Translations under genes and position numbers: made by a program
Assembly: GCA_002269645.1 (NCBI GenBank)
Contig: NIVC01000707.1
Coordinates: forward strand, 62,001-126,000
Source: Macrostomum lignano
Lineage: Eukaryota
Reading direction: 5' to 3'
DNA: 64,000 nt
Notes under the pieces: model-generated
The model's database searches: none
Seen by the model: the letters and a program-made list of their open reading frames with translations, nothing else
What the model was told of the DNA's origin: nothing
Shown: positions 1-27,077 of the stretch, piece by piece
Position numbering within the stretch: the stretch's first letter is position 1
Layout of the letters: each line of letters starts with the position of its first letter

Positions 1-2628
1 ATTAGGCAAGAAGTATAGTTGGCCTTTCCCAGTATGTGTTTTAGTTAGCAATCAAATATCGTGCTTACTAGATTTCAACTTTAAAACATTTTCTAGGAAA
101 GCAACACGTGGTAAGAAAAAGCAAAATCGCACCATCCTTCAGTTTTAATCCCGACTTTTGGGTGCAAATGCATGATATCCACTGCATTCAAACGTGGCCT
201 GTCGTGATGAATCTGTCATCGTGCTGCTAGATTTATGCGCGTGTTGTCTTTTACTTTGACTTATGTTTTTTAATATCTATTTGCTCCTCTTGTAGTTGCA
301 TTTTGACCTTTTTAAACATTTTTTTAATATTTCTAACTGATTTTAGTGACTAATATTGAAAAAAAAATTGTGTGATACATGAAAATTACCTAGCAAACGT
401 TATTTAAACGTTTTTATTTAAGGAGTTTTATCAGATATTCTGAAGGGAACTAAAGTAATAAACTGCACATGTTTGTTTTTTCTTTGAATTAAACACTTTT
501 GATTCTTTTGAAATGATATGATATGATATGAACTTTTGATTTGATATGATATGATATGAACTTTTGAAAACATTGCTATGATACAAAATAAAACAAATTA
601 CAATAAGTGTAGTAACTTGAACTACATGAAGCTATTTTTTAAATATGATATATATAAAATGTTTGCTATACTTCATGGCAAGCTCTTAAAACTGAATTAG
701 AGTTTAAAAGTTAGAAACACTGGAAATTTTACTAGAAACACTAGTAAAATTGAGTTTTTTTCTTGTTCTAGTTTCCTAGTTCCCTTTACTTTAAAGGAAA
801 GGGACTATAAAACTAAATGAAATAGATAAGGCCTCTATTATGAACTTGAAAGCAAGAGATTTGAATTATGAGCATGCTTGTTATTTGATATTTAGTAAAA
901 CACAACTGTAGTTTTTTTATATTTGAGAGTCTTTTTTCATTGTTTTCTGTAAGTGTTAGATTTTATTTAGGCAATTTTTTTAAATACAAGAGATAGTTTC
1001 ATCAGTATGGAATATAACTGTTCCTCTTAGAATTATAGCATTCTGAATTCTCATGTCATTTCAGTTGAGATGAATAATTTTAGTTTTCTTGGTACTTTTC
1101 ATAATTGATGTATTGTACAGTATAGAAAAAATAGAGTAACATGCTTAAGGCTTGTTAGGCCCTATGCAAATCTGTGATGTAAATATCCATGAATGACTTT
1201 GGGTAATTGGGCACCCATAAATTGGTTATAATATCAGATTTTAAGTGGTATAGTAAATACAAAATAGGCAAGGTTAGGTAGTAATGCTGCCCACTGCAAG
1301 ACTAAGTTTACGATCTATTGATTTATTGGCAGTTATGCATAAAAAGTTGAGATATAATTAGAATTATATGGTTTCAAAAGACAAAAAAGCTCAACATAAG
1401 AGACTGCTAGTTCGCATTTTTTTTCAAGATTTTGTCACTCGTGAAGTAAATATTACAATAGTTAGAGAGGCCTGAGAGAGAAAGAGAGAGCGGTGCCTCT
1501 CAATCAATTACTGTATCATTTAAACAGAAGCGCTCATCCATCTTCCTGGTTATTCATTCCACTGCAGATTTTCCTCAATATCCCAGGCTCCGAAACCCTC
1601 GCTTCATCATGAAATTCATTCTCGTCTGTTTATTTGCATCGTCAAACCTTGCCATTGTAGTTTTATATATCATAAGGTCGCCTCTCTTCATCTCTGCGGA
1701 GTTTACAAAGCTCAGAGTCTCTCTCCCCTGTCTCTACCCTATTCTCGTCTCATTCTACTCTCAATACTAATATAGTTAATGTAGTTTAAGTTATAAATGG
1801 CACTGCCGTGCATCAGAAGTCCTGCAGCTTAATAGTGTTTGTTCTGGTCTACTAGCGCGCTGAGTGGGCTCTTGGATCCAGGACTGTATATGCAGAGTAG
1901 GTGACGTGTAGGCAGGCAGAACCTACGACAAGCTTTGCTGCCATGGTGAATGAGAATTGAGAAGAAAGGAAATTTAGGAGGTAGAAAAGCCGGCTTAAGC
2001 CAGCCCAATGGGGTTGGAAAATACGATTTGGAAAGAAAGGAAAGCAGTTTTTTGTGAAGGGGAGCCAGAGAGTTTATTGATCGGCGGGCGGAGGTGGCAG
2101 GCGGGGTGGAGAGGTGGATTTGAGCAGCTCTAGTTTGGTTGGTTTTAAAAATAGTTCCCTTTGCTCTTATTGTGTTGTGCAGTGACAGATTTTCCTCTTC
2201 AGGAATTGAGGGGGGGAGAAGAGATGAGGTGGATGGCGCGTCTTTTTCTTTCTGTTACTCTGACATTTCTAACCCACCTGTGTAGCCCCCCCCCCGATCG
2301 CTCTCTCTCTCTCTACCTCTCTCCTACCTGAGTCCAGTACATGCCGTGCACTGCAGCGCTGCTTTGGCATTAATAGCAATCCCCTAATGCTTAGAGGTAC
2401 AAGTTAGGAGAACCAGCCGATTTCTATAAGCTTGAATATCATAATAATAAATAATCCATGGCTATTTGGAATGTCTAAATCCTCCAATTCTTAATTTTCT
2501 TTACCTTTTCTCTCTTCAGTGAGATATTTTTCGTCAAAGTGCAAGGCTAACAATGGTCTTGTCGCTTTATGCTTTTAATGAGTAACTTATTCAAGGCCGA
2601 GTTCGAGTTGCCCGCTCTGCTCTGAGGG

Positions 2629-15320
<12,692 letters not shown>

Positions 15321-15596
15321 AATATGAATTCGGTGAAGGTTTCCTTCTTGCGCCTCAATGCACAATTACTTTAAATATTTTTTTGCTTTCTTAGATTTTC
15401 TTTATAGTTAGCAAAGTTTTTGCAACGCCTTTACTTACAGTAGTGTACGGGATATTAGTATCTATTTACTTTGCATTCCCATTATTTTTCTATCCGAGGT
15501 AGAGAAGCATGCGGGGTTTTTCAGCCCAACAGAGAGGGACGCGTATTGCTATAAAAATTTTGTACAACTTTTTTGCGTCTTTAAAACCTTACCACC

Positions 15597-16605
15597 TGAC
15601 GCCCCCGATTTGGCGCCACTGACACCCCCGATTTGGCGCCACTGACACCCCCGATTTGGCCCTACTGACACCCCGATTTGGTGCCCCTGACACCCCCGAT
15701 TTGGCCCTACTGACACCCCCGATTTGGCCCTACTGACACCCCCGATTTGGCCGTACTGACACCCCCGATTTGGCCCTACTGACACCCCCGATTTGGTGCC
15801 CCTGACACCCCCGATTTGGCCCTACTGACACCCCGATTTGGTGCCCTTGACACCCCCGATTTGGCCCTACTGACACCCCCGATTTGACCCTACTGACACC
15901 CCCGATTTGGCCCTACTGACACCCCCGATTTGGCGCCACTGACACCCCCGATTTGACCCTACTGACACCCCCGATTTGGCCGTGCTGACACCCCCGATTT
16001 GGCGCCACTGACACCCCCGATTTGGCGCCACTGACACCCCCGATTTGGCGCCACTGACACCCCCGATTTGGCGCCACTGACACCCCCGATTTGGCCGTAC
16101 TGACACCCCCGATTTGGCGCCACTGACACCCCCGATTTGGCCGTACTGACACCCCCGATTTGGCGCCACTGACACCCCCGATTTGGCCCTACTGACACCC
16201 CGATTTGGCGCCACTGATACCCCCGATTTGGCCGTACTGACACCCCGATTTGGCGCCACTGACACCCCCGATTTGGCCGTACTGACACCCCCGATTTGGC
16301 GCCACTGACACCCCGATTTGGCCCTACTGACACCCCGATTTGGCCGTACTGACACCCCGATTTGGCCCTACTGACACCCCGATTTGGCCGTACTGACACC
16401 CCGATTTGGCCCTACTGACACCCCCGATTTGGCCCTACTGACACCCCCGATTTGGCCGTACTGACACCCCCGATTTGGCCCTACTGACACCCCCGATTTG
16501 GCGCCCCTGACACCTCCGATTTAGCGCTACTGACACCCCCGATTTGGCCGTACTGACACCCCCGATTTGGCATTCCTGACACCCCCGATTTAGCGCCACT
16601 TACAC
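15597..16605. repeat. 22-23 bp satellite, about 44 copies
   Basis: Unit CTGACACCCCCGATTTGG(CGCCA/CCCTA/CCGTA). Confidence 0.95.
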
Positions 16606-17174
16606 CCAAAAAAGGCGCCTGTGACACCCCCAAACTGGCGCCGCCGTCTCTCGGGTCCTGAATGCTCCTCTGCTTCAAATCCAATTTCGAATTGTCCACG
16701 ATGGGCAATGAAAAGAAACAAATTATTTTTTGATTTGCTTCTTTTCAATTTTTCTTCTTTTCGATATTTTGATACGAAAATTAAGAGTTTTTCTATTTTT
16801 TCTCGGCTGTGATAGCGGAACATACTACTGGCTTGATTCGTCAGTAGTATAATCTAATGCGTCATAAAGCAAAAGAGCTATTTACAAAATGCAATATTTT
16901 TCCCGGCTTTTTACAACTAATAGTAAAGAACCTGTCAGGGGCCTTCTGCTTTTTCTAGGTTTCAATTCTTTTTCGAAATTTCGTGTTATTTTTTATCAGT
17001 CAAAAGTCACTACTGATTTGACCTGGCTTCAATGCACAGTGCTTGTAAAATTGTTTTTTGTTTCTTTTGTTTGTTTTTCTATTTTGGTCTTTGTCATTAT
17101 ATTCGTGTTGTGTTTTCCAAGAAACATTGTTGTGTATGTGCGAACTTTCACTGTCAGTTTTACAGTCAGTGATT

Positions 17175-18127
17175 ACCTACCACCTGCCACCTGAACTATC
17201 ACCTGAACTACCACCTGAACTACCACCTGAACTACCACCTTATCTACCAACTAACTACCACCTGAACTATCACCTGAACTACCACCTGAACTACCACCTG
17301 AACTACCACCTTATCTACCAACTAACTACCACCTGAACTATCACCTGAACTACCACCTGAACTACCACCTGAACTACCACCTTATCTACCAACTAACTAC
17401 CACCTGAACTACTACCTGAACTACCACCTTATCTACCAACTAACTACCACCTGAACTACTACCTGAACTACCACCTTATCTACCAACTAACTACCACCTG
17501 AACTACTACCTGAACTACCACCTTATCTACCAACTAACTACCACCTGAACTACTACCTGAAATACCACCTGAACTACCACCTGAACTTCCACCTGAAATA
17601 TCACCTGAACTTCCACCTGAACTACCACCTGAAATACCACCTGAACTACCACCTGAACTTCCACCTGAACTACCACCTGAAATATCACCTGAACTTCCAC
17701 CTGAACTACCACCTGAAATACCACCTGAACTACCACCTGAACTTCCACCTGAACTACCACCTGAAATATCACCTGAACTACCACCTGAACTTCCACCTGA
17801 ACTACCACCTGAAATACCACTGAACTTCCACCTGAACTACCACCTGAACTACCACCTGAAATATCACCTGAACTGCCACCTGAACTACCACCTGAACTAC
17901 CACCTGAACTACCACCTGAAATATCACCTGAACTACCACCTGAAATATCACCTGAACTACCACCTGAACTTCCACCTGAACTACCACCTGAAATACCACT
18001 GAACTTCCACCTGAACTACCACCTGAACTACCACCTGAAATACCACCTGAAATACCACCTGAAATACCACTGAACTTCCACCTGAACTACCACCTGAAAT
18101 ACCACCTGAAATACCACCTGAACTACC
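17175..18127. repeat. 12-bp minisatellite
   Basis: Unit CCACCTGAACTA, with variants CCACCTTATCTA, CCACCTGAAATA and CCACCTGAACTT. Confidence 0.95.
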
Positions 18128-18744
18128 CACTAGCACGATCCCAATATTGTGATTTTCTATTTGAAGGCCAGAATAATATGGTTATGCGTTACCTTTTTAT
18201 TTCTTTAAACAACTGATTCTCTGTACTGCTCAATGTGAGTCAAATTGCTCAGCTGTTACCATAGCGACTAAACCCTACTCACCTAGTTAACTGTAAGCAA
18301 AATAATTCCTTTTCCTTTCTGCCTTAGTAGCGAAACAAAGTCGCGCTTAAAATGTATAATGGCACACAGCAGCACTTATGCAACTTGCAACCTTTTCAGG
18401 TTCGCCTGAAAACCTTTCATCTACGCAAAAAAGTGCAAACTGTACTTTGAATTTCAATCTCCTATCGCCTTAAAACATACCTAGATTTTGAAAAATTTGC
18501 TTCGGCTGTCACAATGGACACTGTGCACAAGTTTTTCAGCAGATTGTACTGTCTATATTTTTTTTGAATTTCAATTCATTCGAATTTGTTGCTCGTGTCC
18601 AAATAGAGATTTGAAGAATTTAGCAAACATTTTTCTTTGAGAGTTTTTCAACGAGCTGTAATTTCCCAACTTTTAAATGACGATTGACTAATCGCCTGTT
18701 TCTTGCTTTTCAAGTTTTTTCAACACTTTTCAATATATAACACT

Positions 18745-19500
18745 ATCAAGCTACCTGAATCATCAGGCTACCTGAATCATCAGGCTACCTGAATCATCAG
18801 GCTACCTGAATCATCAGGCTACCTGAATCATCAGGCTACCTGAATCATCAGGCTACCTGAATCATCAGGCTACCTGAATCATCAGGCTACCTGAATCATC
18901 AGGCTACCTGAATCATCAGGCTACCTGAATCATCAGGCTACCTGAATCATCAGGCTACCTGAATCATCAGGCTACCTGAATCATCAGGCTACCTGAATCA
19001 TCAGGCTACCTGAATCATCAGGCTACCTGAATCATCAGGCTACCTGAATCATCAGGCTACCTGAATCATCAGGCTACCTGAATCATCAGGCTACCTGAAT
19101 CATCAGGCTACCTGAATCATCAGGCTACCTGAATCATCAGGCTACCTGAATCATCAGGCTACCTGAATCATCAGGCTACCTGAATCATCAGGCTACCTGA
19201 ATCATCAGGCTACCTGAATCATCAAGCTACCTGAATCATCAGGCTACCTGAATCATCAGACTACCTGAATCACCAGGCTACCTGAATCATCAGGCTACCT
19301 GAATCATCAAGCTACCTGAATCATCAGGCTACCTGAATCATCAAGCTACCTGAATCATCAGGCTACCTGAATCATCAGGCTACCTGAATCATCAAGCTAC
19401 CTGAATCATTGAGCTACCTGAATCATCAAGCTACCTGAATCATTGAGCTACCTGAATCATCAAGCACTTGCAGCTGAATTATCAAGCTACCTGAATCATC
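18745..19500. repeat. 17-bp highly homogeneous minisatellite, about 44 copies
   Basis: Unit CAGGCTACCTGAATCAT. Confidence 0.95.
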
Positions 19501-19839
19501 TGGACTGCAATCCTCAGGACTGCAGAATAATACAAAAACCTTTTCCAAGCCAAGTGATTTAGCCTCATGGTGAGTTCCAGCACAATTGGATAAGCTTGTT
19601 ATGAGAATGATGTCATGCCAAGCTCAGCTCAGTCCATACTCTTTATTAGATTGAACTCGAACGCTTGTCAGTCACGCAAGCTCCATCCTCAAAGCTCTGA
19701 CAGTCAGCCTCGATGCTGTTTCTCCTCTTTTTTGTCTGATCCTCTGCTTCCGCATCCGCCTTGTTGCTTTGTGGTTGTTCGTGTCTGATTTATCCCTGAC
19801 TGACTGGTGCTTAGGGACTCTGCTCTTCGTGCCGACCTC

Positions 19840-20900
19840 TACTCCCTGCTCTCCCGGTGCTCTACTCCCTTCTCCCTGTGCTCTACTCTCCTCTCACTGT
19901 GCTCTACTCCCCTCTCCCTGTACTCTACTTCCTGCTCTCCCTGCTCTCCCTATACTCTACTCTACTCTCCCTATACTCTGCTCTACTCTCCCTATACTCT
20001 ACTCAACTCTCCCTATACTCTACTCTACTCTCCCTATACTCTACTCAACTCTCCCTATACTCTACTCTACTCTCTCTATACTCTACTCAACTCTCCCTAT
20101 ACTCTACTCAACTCTCCCTATACTCTACTCAACTCTCCCTATACTCTACTCAACTCTCCCTATACTCTACTCTACTCTCCCTATTCTACTCTCCTATACT
20201 CTATTCTACTCTCCCTATACTCTACTCTACTCTCCCTATACTCTACTCTACTCTACTCTCCTATACTCTACTCAACTCTCCCTATATTCTACTCTCCTCT
20301 CCCTATACTTTACTCTACTCTCCCTATACTCTACTCTACTCTCCCTATATTCTACTCAACTCTCCCTATACTCTACTCAACTCTCCCTATACTCTACTCA
20401 ACTCTCCCTATACTCTACTCTACTCTCCCTATACTCTACTCTACTCTCCTATTCTCTATTCTACTCTGCTCTCCCTATACTCTACTCTACTCTCCCTATA
20501 CTCTACTCTACTCTCCCTATACTTTACTCTACTCTCCTATACTCTACTCAACTCTCCCTATACTCTACTCTACTCTCCCTTTACTTTACTCTACTCTCCC
20601 TATACTCTACTCTACTCTCTCTATACTCTACTCAACTCTCCCTATACTCTACTCTACTCTCCCTATACTCTACTCTACTCTCCCTATACTCTACTCAACT
20701 CTCCCTATACTCTACTCTACTCTCCCTATACTCTACTCAACTCTCCCTATACTCTACTCTACTCTCCCTATACTCTACTCAACTCTCCCTATACTCTACT
20801 CTACTCTCCCTATACTCTACTCTACTCTCCCTATACTCTACTCTACTCTCCCTATACTCTACTCTACTCTCCCTATACTCTATTCTACTCTGCTCTCCCT
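19840..20900. repeat. 21-bp CT-rich minisatellite
   Basis: Unit TCTACTCTCCCTATACTCTAC, with a TCAACT variant. Confidence 0.95.
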
Positions 20901-21368
20901 ATAGTCTATTCACCTTGCACTTATCTAATCAATTATCCCATCTTCCTCAGATTGGCTTACGTCATGCGTTAAACAAAGAGGCGCCTCATTTAGTAACACT
21001 TCCCCTCGCTATGAACCGAGCAGGCACTGTGATTGTGAAAAGCTTTCATTGTCAAATTACAGTGCGCCGGCATACAAGAGAGCGGTACACTTGCTTGACG
21101 CGTGGCGGGTTATTTTCGATTAGCGGCCTCTATAGCTTAAAAGACTATGCCACCTCGTGATAGTTACAAACACTCCCACTAATTAGTTATTTCAGTCTGT
21201 TTTCAGATAGCTACTTCTATTCAATTAGCTAATTAGGTATTCAGCAGCTGCAGTAATGTAGCCTAAACTCTCATTCTAGTGGCTTTTTTAGTATAGCTCG
21301 TAATCCACGCGTGATCGTGGATAAAAACTAATCATAAGTACATAGGGTACTGCACAGCTGACGCCACT

Positions 21369-22060
21369 TGATTCTTGGCGCCCCTCTGATTCTTGGCGCC
21401 CCTCTGATTCTTGACGTGCCTTTGATTCTTGACGTGCCTTTGATTCTGATTCTTGGCGCCCCTTTGATTCTTGACGTGCCTTTGATTCTGATTCTTGGCG
21501 CCCCTTTGATTCTTGACGTGCCTTTGATTCTGATTCTTGGCGCCCCTCTGATTCTTGACGTGCCTTTGATTCTGATTCTTGGCGCCCCTCTGATTCTTGG
21601 CGCCCCTTTGGCGCCCATTTGCGCCTCTCTGATTCTTGGCGCCCCTCTGATTCTTGACGCCCCTTTGATTCTTGGCGATCCTCTGATTCTTGGCGCCCTT
21701 CTGATTCTTGGCGCCCCTTTGATTCTTGACGCCCCTCTGATTCTTGGCGCCCCTCTGATTCTTGGCGCCCCTTTGATTCTTGGCGCCCTCTGATTCTTGG
21801 CGCCCCTTTGATTCTTGGCGCCCCTCTGATTCTTGGGGCCCCTCTCATTATGGGCGCTCCTCTGATTCTTGGCGCTCCTCTGATTCTTGGCGCCCCTTTG
21901 ACTCTTGGCGCCCTTCTGATTTTTGACGCCCCTTTGATTCTTGGCGCCCCTCTGATTCTTGGCGCCCTTCTGATTCTTGGCGCCCCTCTGATTCTTGGCG
22001 CCCCTCTTATTCTTGGCACCCCTCTGATTCTTGGCGCCCCTTTTGGCGCCCCTTTGCGCC
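21369..22060. repeat. 18-bp minisatellite with a GGCGCC core
   Basis: Unit GATTCTTGGCGCCCCT(C/T)T, with a GACGTGCC variant. Confidence 0.95.
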
Positions 22061-22317
22061 CTAGGTACCAGCTCAGTACCAAGAAAGGCTTAGAGATTTA
22101 ACTCAGCACCAAGAGGTTTAGAAAAATAATTAAGCCTCTCTCCAATCAATAGGACAAAAACAAGATTAATGCCTGACCTCAGTCCAGGGTGGGTTTTCTG
22201 TACTTTAGCAGACGAAAGTGGGAAGGCTAGTAGTTTTATTGTAGCGAAAAAGGAGCAAAAAAGCTTTTTTCAAGCACAAGATCCTTGGAACCTTCCTTCT
22301 GTCCAGTTTAGAGCCAC

Positions 22318-25300
22318 GTTGACGCTCCTGACACACCCAAATTGAAGCTCCTGACACACCCAAATTGAAGCTCCTGACACACCCAAATTGACGTCCCTGA
22401 CACACCCAAATTGACGTCCCTGACACACCCAAATTTAAGCTCCTGACACACCCAAATTGAAGCTCCTGACACACCCAAATCGAAGCTCCTGACACACCCA
22501 AATTGAAGCTCCTGACACACCCAAATTGAAGCCCCTGACACACCCAAATTGACGTCCCTGACACACCCAAATTGACGTCCCTGACACACCCAAATTTAAG
22601 CTCCTGACACACCCAAATTGAAGCTCCTGACACACCCAAATTTAAGCTCTTGACACACCCAAATTGAAGCTCCTGACACACCCAAATTGAAGCTCCTGAC
22701 ACACCCAAATTGACGTCCCTGACACACCAAAATTGACGTCCCTGACACACCCAAATTGAAGCTCCTGACACACCCAAATTGAAGCTCCCGACACACCCAA
22801 ATTGACGTCCCTGACACACCCAAATTGACGTCCCTGAAACACCCAAATTGAAGCTCCTGACACACCCAAATCGAAGCTCCTGACACACCCAAATTGAAGC
22901 TCCTGACACACCCAAATGGACGTCCCTGACACACCCAAATTGAAGCTCCTGACACACCCAAATTGAAGCTCCTGACACACCCAAATTGACGTCCCTGACA
23001 CACCCAAATTTAAGCTCCTGACACACCCAAATTGAAGCTCCTGACACACCCAAATCGAAGCTCCTGACACACCCAAATTTAAGCTCCTGACACACCCAAA
23101 TCGAAGCTTCTGACACACCCAAATTGACGTCCCTGACACACCCAAATTGAAGCTCCTGACACACCCAAATTGAAGCTCCTGACACACCCAAATTGACGTC
23201 CCTGACACACCCAAATTTACGTCCCTGACACACCCAAATTGAAGCTCCTGACACACCCAAATTGAAGCTCCTGACACACCCAAATTTACGTCCTTGACAC
23301 ACTCAAATTGAAGCTCCTGACACACCCAAATTGACGTCCCTGACACACCCAAATTGACGTCCCTGACACACCCAAATTTAAGCTCCTGACACACCCAAAT
23401 TGAAGCTCCTGACACACCCAAATTGAAGCTCCTGACACACCCAAATTGACGTCCCTGACACATCCAAATTGAAGCTCCTGACACACCCAAATTGAAGCTC
23501 CCTGACACACCCAAATTGAAGCTCCTGACACACCCAAATTGACGTCCCTGACACATCCAAATTGAAGCTCCTGACACACCCAAATTGAAGCTCCCTGACA
23601 CACCCAAATTTAAGCTCCTGACACACCCAAATTGAAGCTCCTGACACACCCAAATTGAAGCTCCTGACACACCCAAATTGAAGCTCCTGACACACCCAAA
23701 TTGACGTCCCTGACACATCCAAATTGAAGCTCCTGACACACCCAAATTGAAGCTCCTGACACACCCAAATTGAAGCTCCTGACACACCCAAATTGACGTC
23801 CCTGACACACCCAAATTGACGTCCCTGACTCACCCAAATTTAAGCTCCTGACACACCCAAATTTAAGCTCCTGACACACCCAAATCGAAGCTTCTGACAC
23901 ACCCAAATTGACGTCCCTGACACACCCAAATTGAAGCTCCTGACACACCCAAATTGAAGCTCCTGACACACCCAAATTGACGTCCCTGACACACCCAAAT
24001 TGAAGCTCCTGACACACCCAAATTGAAGCTCCTGACACACCCAAATTGAAGCTCCTGACACACCCAAATTGAAGCTCCTGACACACCCAAATTTACGTCC
24101 CTGACACACCCAAATTTACGTCCTTGACACACCCAAATTGAAGCTCCTGACACACCCAAATTGAAGCTCCTGACACACCCAAATTGACGTCCCTGACACA
24201 CCCAAATTGAAGCTCCTGACACACCCAAATTTACGTCCCTGACACACTCAAATTGACGTCCCTGACACACCCAAATTGACGTCCCTGACACACCCAAATT
24301 TACGTCCTTGACACACCCAAATTGAAGCTCCTGACACACCCAAATTTACGTCCCTGACACACCCAAATTTAAGCTCCTGACACACACAAATTGAAGCTCC
24401 TGACACACCCAAATTGAAGCTCCTGACACACCCAAATTGAAGCTCCTGACACACCCAAATTGAAGCTCCTGACACACCCAAATTTACGTCCTTGACACAC
24501 TCAAATTGAAGCTCCTGACACACCCAAATTGAAGCTCCTGACACACCCAAATTGAAGCTCCTGACACACCCAAATTGACGTCCCTGACACACCCAAATTG
24601 ACGTCCTTGACACACCCAAATTGAAGCTCCTGACACACCCAAATTGAAGCTCCTGACACACCCAAATTTACGTCCCTGACACACCCAAATTGACGTCCTT
24701 GACACACCCAAATTGAAGCTCCTGACACACCCAAATTGAAGCTCCTGACACACCCAAATTGAAGCTCCTGACACACCCAAATTGAAGCTCCTGACACACC
24801 CAAATTTACGTCCTTGACACACTCAAATTGAAGCTCCTGACACACCCAAATTGAAGCTCCTGACACACCCAAATTGAAGCTCCTGACACACCCAAATTTA
24901 CGTCCCTGACACACCCAAATTGACGTCCTTGACACACCCAAATTGAAGCTCCTGACACACCCAAATTGAAGCTCCTGACACACCCAAATTGAAGCTCCTG
25001 ACACACCCAAATTGAAGCTCCTGACACACCCAAATTGAAGCTCCTGACACACCCAAATTGAAGCTCCTGACACACCCAAATTGAAGCTCCTGACACACCC
25101 AAATTGAAGCTCCTGACACACCCAAATTGACGTCCCTGACACACCCAAATTTAAGCTCCTGACACACCCAAATTTACGTCCCTGACACACCCAAATTGAA
25201 GCTCCTGACACACCCAAATTGAAGCTCCTGACACACCCAAATTGAAGCTCCTGACACACCCAAATTGACGTCCCTGACACACCCAAATTTACGTCCTTGA

Positions 25301-25340
25301 CACACCCAAATTGACGCTCTTTACACCCGAATTGACGTCC
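22318..25340. repeat. 23-bp satellite, about 130 copies
   Basis: Unit CTGACACACCCAAATT(G/T)A(AGCTC/CGTCC). Confidence 0.95.
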
Positions 25341-25428
25341 CTGCAGCTGACAAGATTTGGAAGGACAGCAGAAAAGCTTGAATCCACTATTTTACATGCA
25401 AATAACGCTCGTATCCCAGTCTGAAAAT

Positions 25429-26160
25429 TTATTTCATAGCAATTGTCGCAGCGAATTCGTAGCTCCCAACAACAGCTGCCTCATTGCCGCCGCCGCCGCC
25501 GCCGCCGCCGTAGCACCCGGTCTGGTTGGCCTGACACCAGGCCTTCGCCGCCCAGACGCAGCCGAAGGAGGCGAGTGCCGCACCAAGCGCCAGCAGCCAG
25601 GCCCCGGCCAGGCGGTACCGCCCGATGGACACCGCGGTCTCCCCTGCGTCCTCGCCGCCAGTTATCGAAGTTTCGCTCGAGTCGGCGGCCAGTATGGCTG
25701 CCCGATAGAAGCAGGTGCCGCCCGCCACTGCCAGCACGAAGCCGAGAAGGACGCAGGTGAAGCAGCGCATGCAGCGCCGGCTCCAGCGCCACTGCAGCTC
25801 CGCTCTGGACTCCGCCGAGGCTGCTGACGCTGGCAAATCGTCTGCGACTTCAACAGCGGAGCCGCCGCCGCCGCCGTAGCTGCCGAACTGTTGAATTACT
25901 GCGAAGTTTGGCTGCTGCTGCTGCTGTTGGATTCCGCTGACTGCCGAAGCTCGACGACTTGATGAAGCGTGGAGCAGCAGCTGCTGATGCTGCTGCTGCT
26001 GATGATGATGATGATGGTGTCGAGGATGCTGCAAGCTGTTCGATCTCTGCACTGGTTGATGGTGAAAATGATGATGCTGCTGCCGCAGCTGAGGCGAGTT
26101 CTGGGTGGTGAAACTGTTATAGTCACCGGCTGGCTGTTTGCTGAGGTGAATTTGCTGCAT
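25429..26160 (-). CDS. Intronless hypothetical two-transmembrane protein, 243 aa, with a poly-Q/H N-terminus
   Basis: GC-rich ORF with the same codon and low-complexity style as the TRAK exons. Two hydrophobic segments (CFTCVLLGFVLAVAGGTCFY; LAGAWLLALGAALASFGCVW). CCAAT boxes upstream on the minus strand near 26257 and 26315. AATAAA overlaps the stop codon. Confidence 0.6.
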   Translation of the reverse strand: MQQIHLSKQPAGDYNSFTTQNSPQLRQQHHHFHHQPVQRSNSLQHPRHHHHHHQQQQHQQLLLHASSSRRASAVSGIQQQQQQPNFAVIQQFGSYGGGGGSAVEVADDLPASAASAESRAELQWRWSRRCMRCFTCVLLGFVLAVAGGTCFYRAAILAADSSETSITGGEDAGETAVSIGRYRLAGAWLLALGAALASFGCVWAAKAWCQANQTGCYGGGGGGGGNEAAVVGSYEFAATIAMK

Positions 26161-27077
26161 ATTTGTTGTCTGTCAGTTTATAGCTGGTGATAAATCTATT
26201 GAGTAGCTTCTCTCTTTATACTGTCTGATTGAGAGTGAGGTTCATGCTATTGTCTGATTGGATGAGTTGGAGTTGCTCGCAAAGTCCACGGTGGAGTTTT
26301 ATGGTCTGATGCTCATTGGCCGATCTGTCTTCCTCTACTCCTCTTCTCTAATTTATTCTCACCGGGAAATTACTTTGCTTTTTGAGTAAATAACATTTTC
26401 AGAGTGCAGTTCCAATGTGACATTGTTATACGAGCGTATTATGCAAAGCAAATAGTTTAAAACAATCATTTGTTTTATGGTGCATGAAAAATAGTCATAT
26501 ATAAGAAACTATTACCACCGACGAAAGTTTGGAGAACAGCTAGGCCCTAGAAACGTCATTATGTCAGATATTATAAAACTTCTAGATCACGTAAAAACTT
26601 GCCATATAATTCATTGTAAGATGAGAAACAAGGGTGAAAACAATATTGCGGGCAAGGATTTACATGTATTATTTAGTTTAGCTTTTCTAGGTAGGTACCT
26701 ATAGTTTATTATTTTATGTAGATATAATCAAAGGTAATTGAGCTTACAATTACGAGCTAAAAGAACAAGCTGTTTCAAATCGAAATGAGCTTGATTTTAA
26801 TTGAATCAAAATCGCCAGTAAATAAATTCGTTTATTTTATACTAGTTATAACAAAATAAGTCCTACAACGATAGTTTTACCCAGTATACCGGTATAAACT
26901 TGTTTTTTTACTTCCACAAGTATTTACTGCAGATCTTTTACACTTGGGCTATGATTTTTGCAATTTTATCTGTATATAGTAGCACGGAATTACAATATTA
27001 AATATTTTGAACTCGATACCATAAGCATTCAGCTTTCCTTTCCTGTTATTTTTTATTTTCATATAGAAACGAATAGT

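Noticed and set aside
21276-21320. Helitron 3' end (TCCACG hairpin near CTAG) as carrier of the 18-bp array
   Set aside because: Hairpin-to-CTRR spacing and the A/T target site do not fit, and no 5' TC end was identified.
15549-25286. Dozens of repetitive ORFs (GVSVAPNRG, STLPILY, ILGAPL, GVSGASIWVCQ)
   Set aside because: Satellite translations without coding context.
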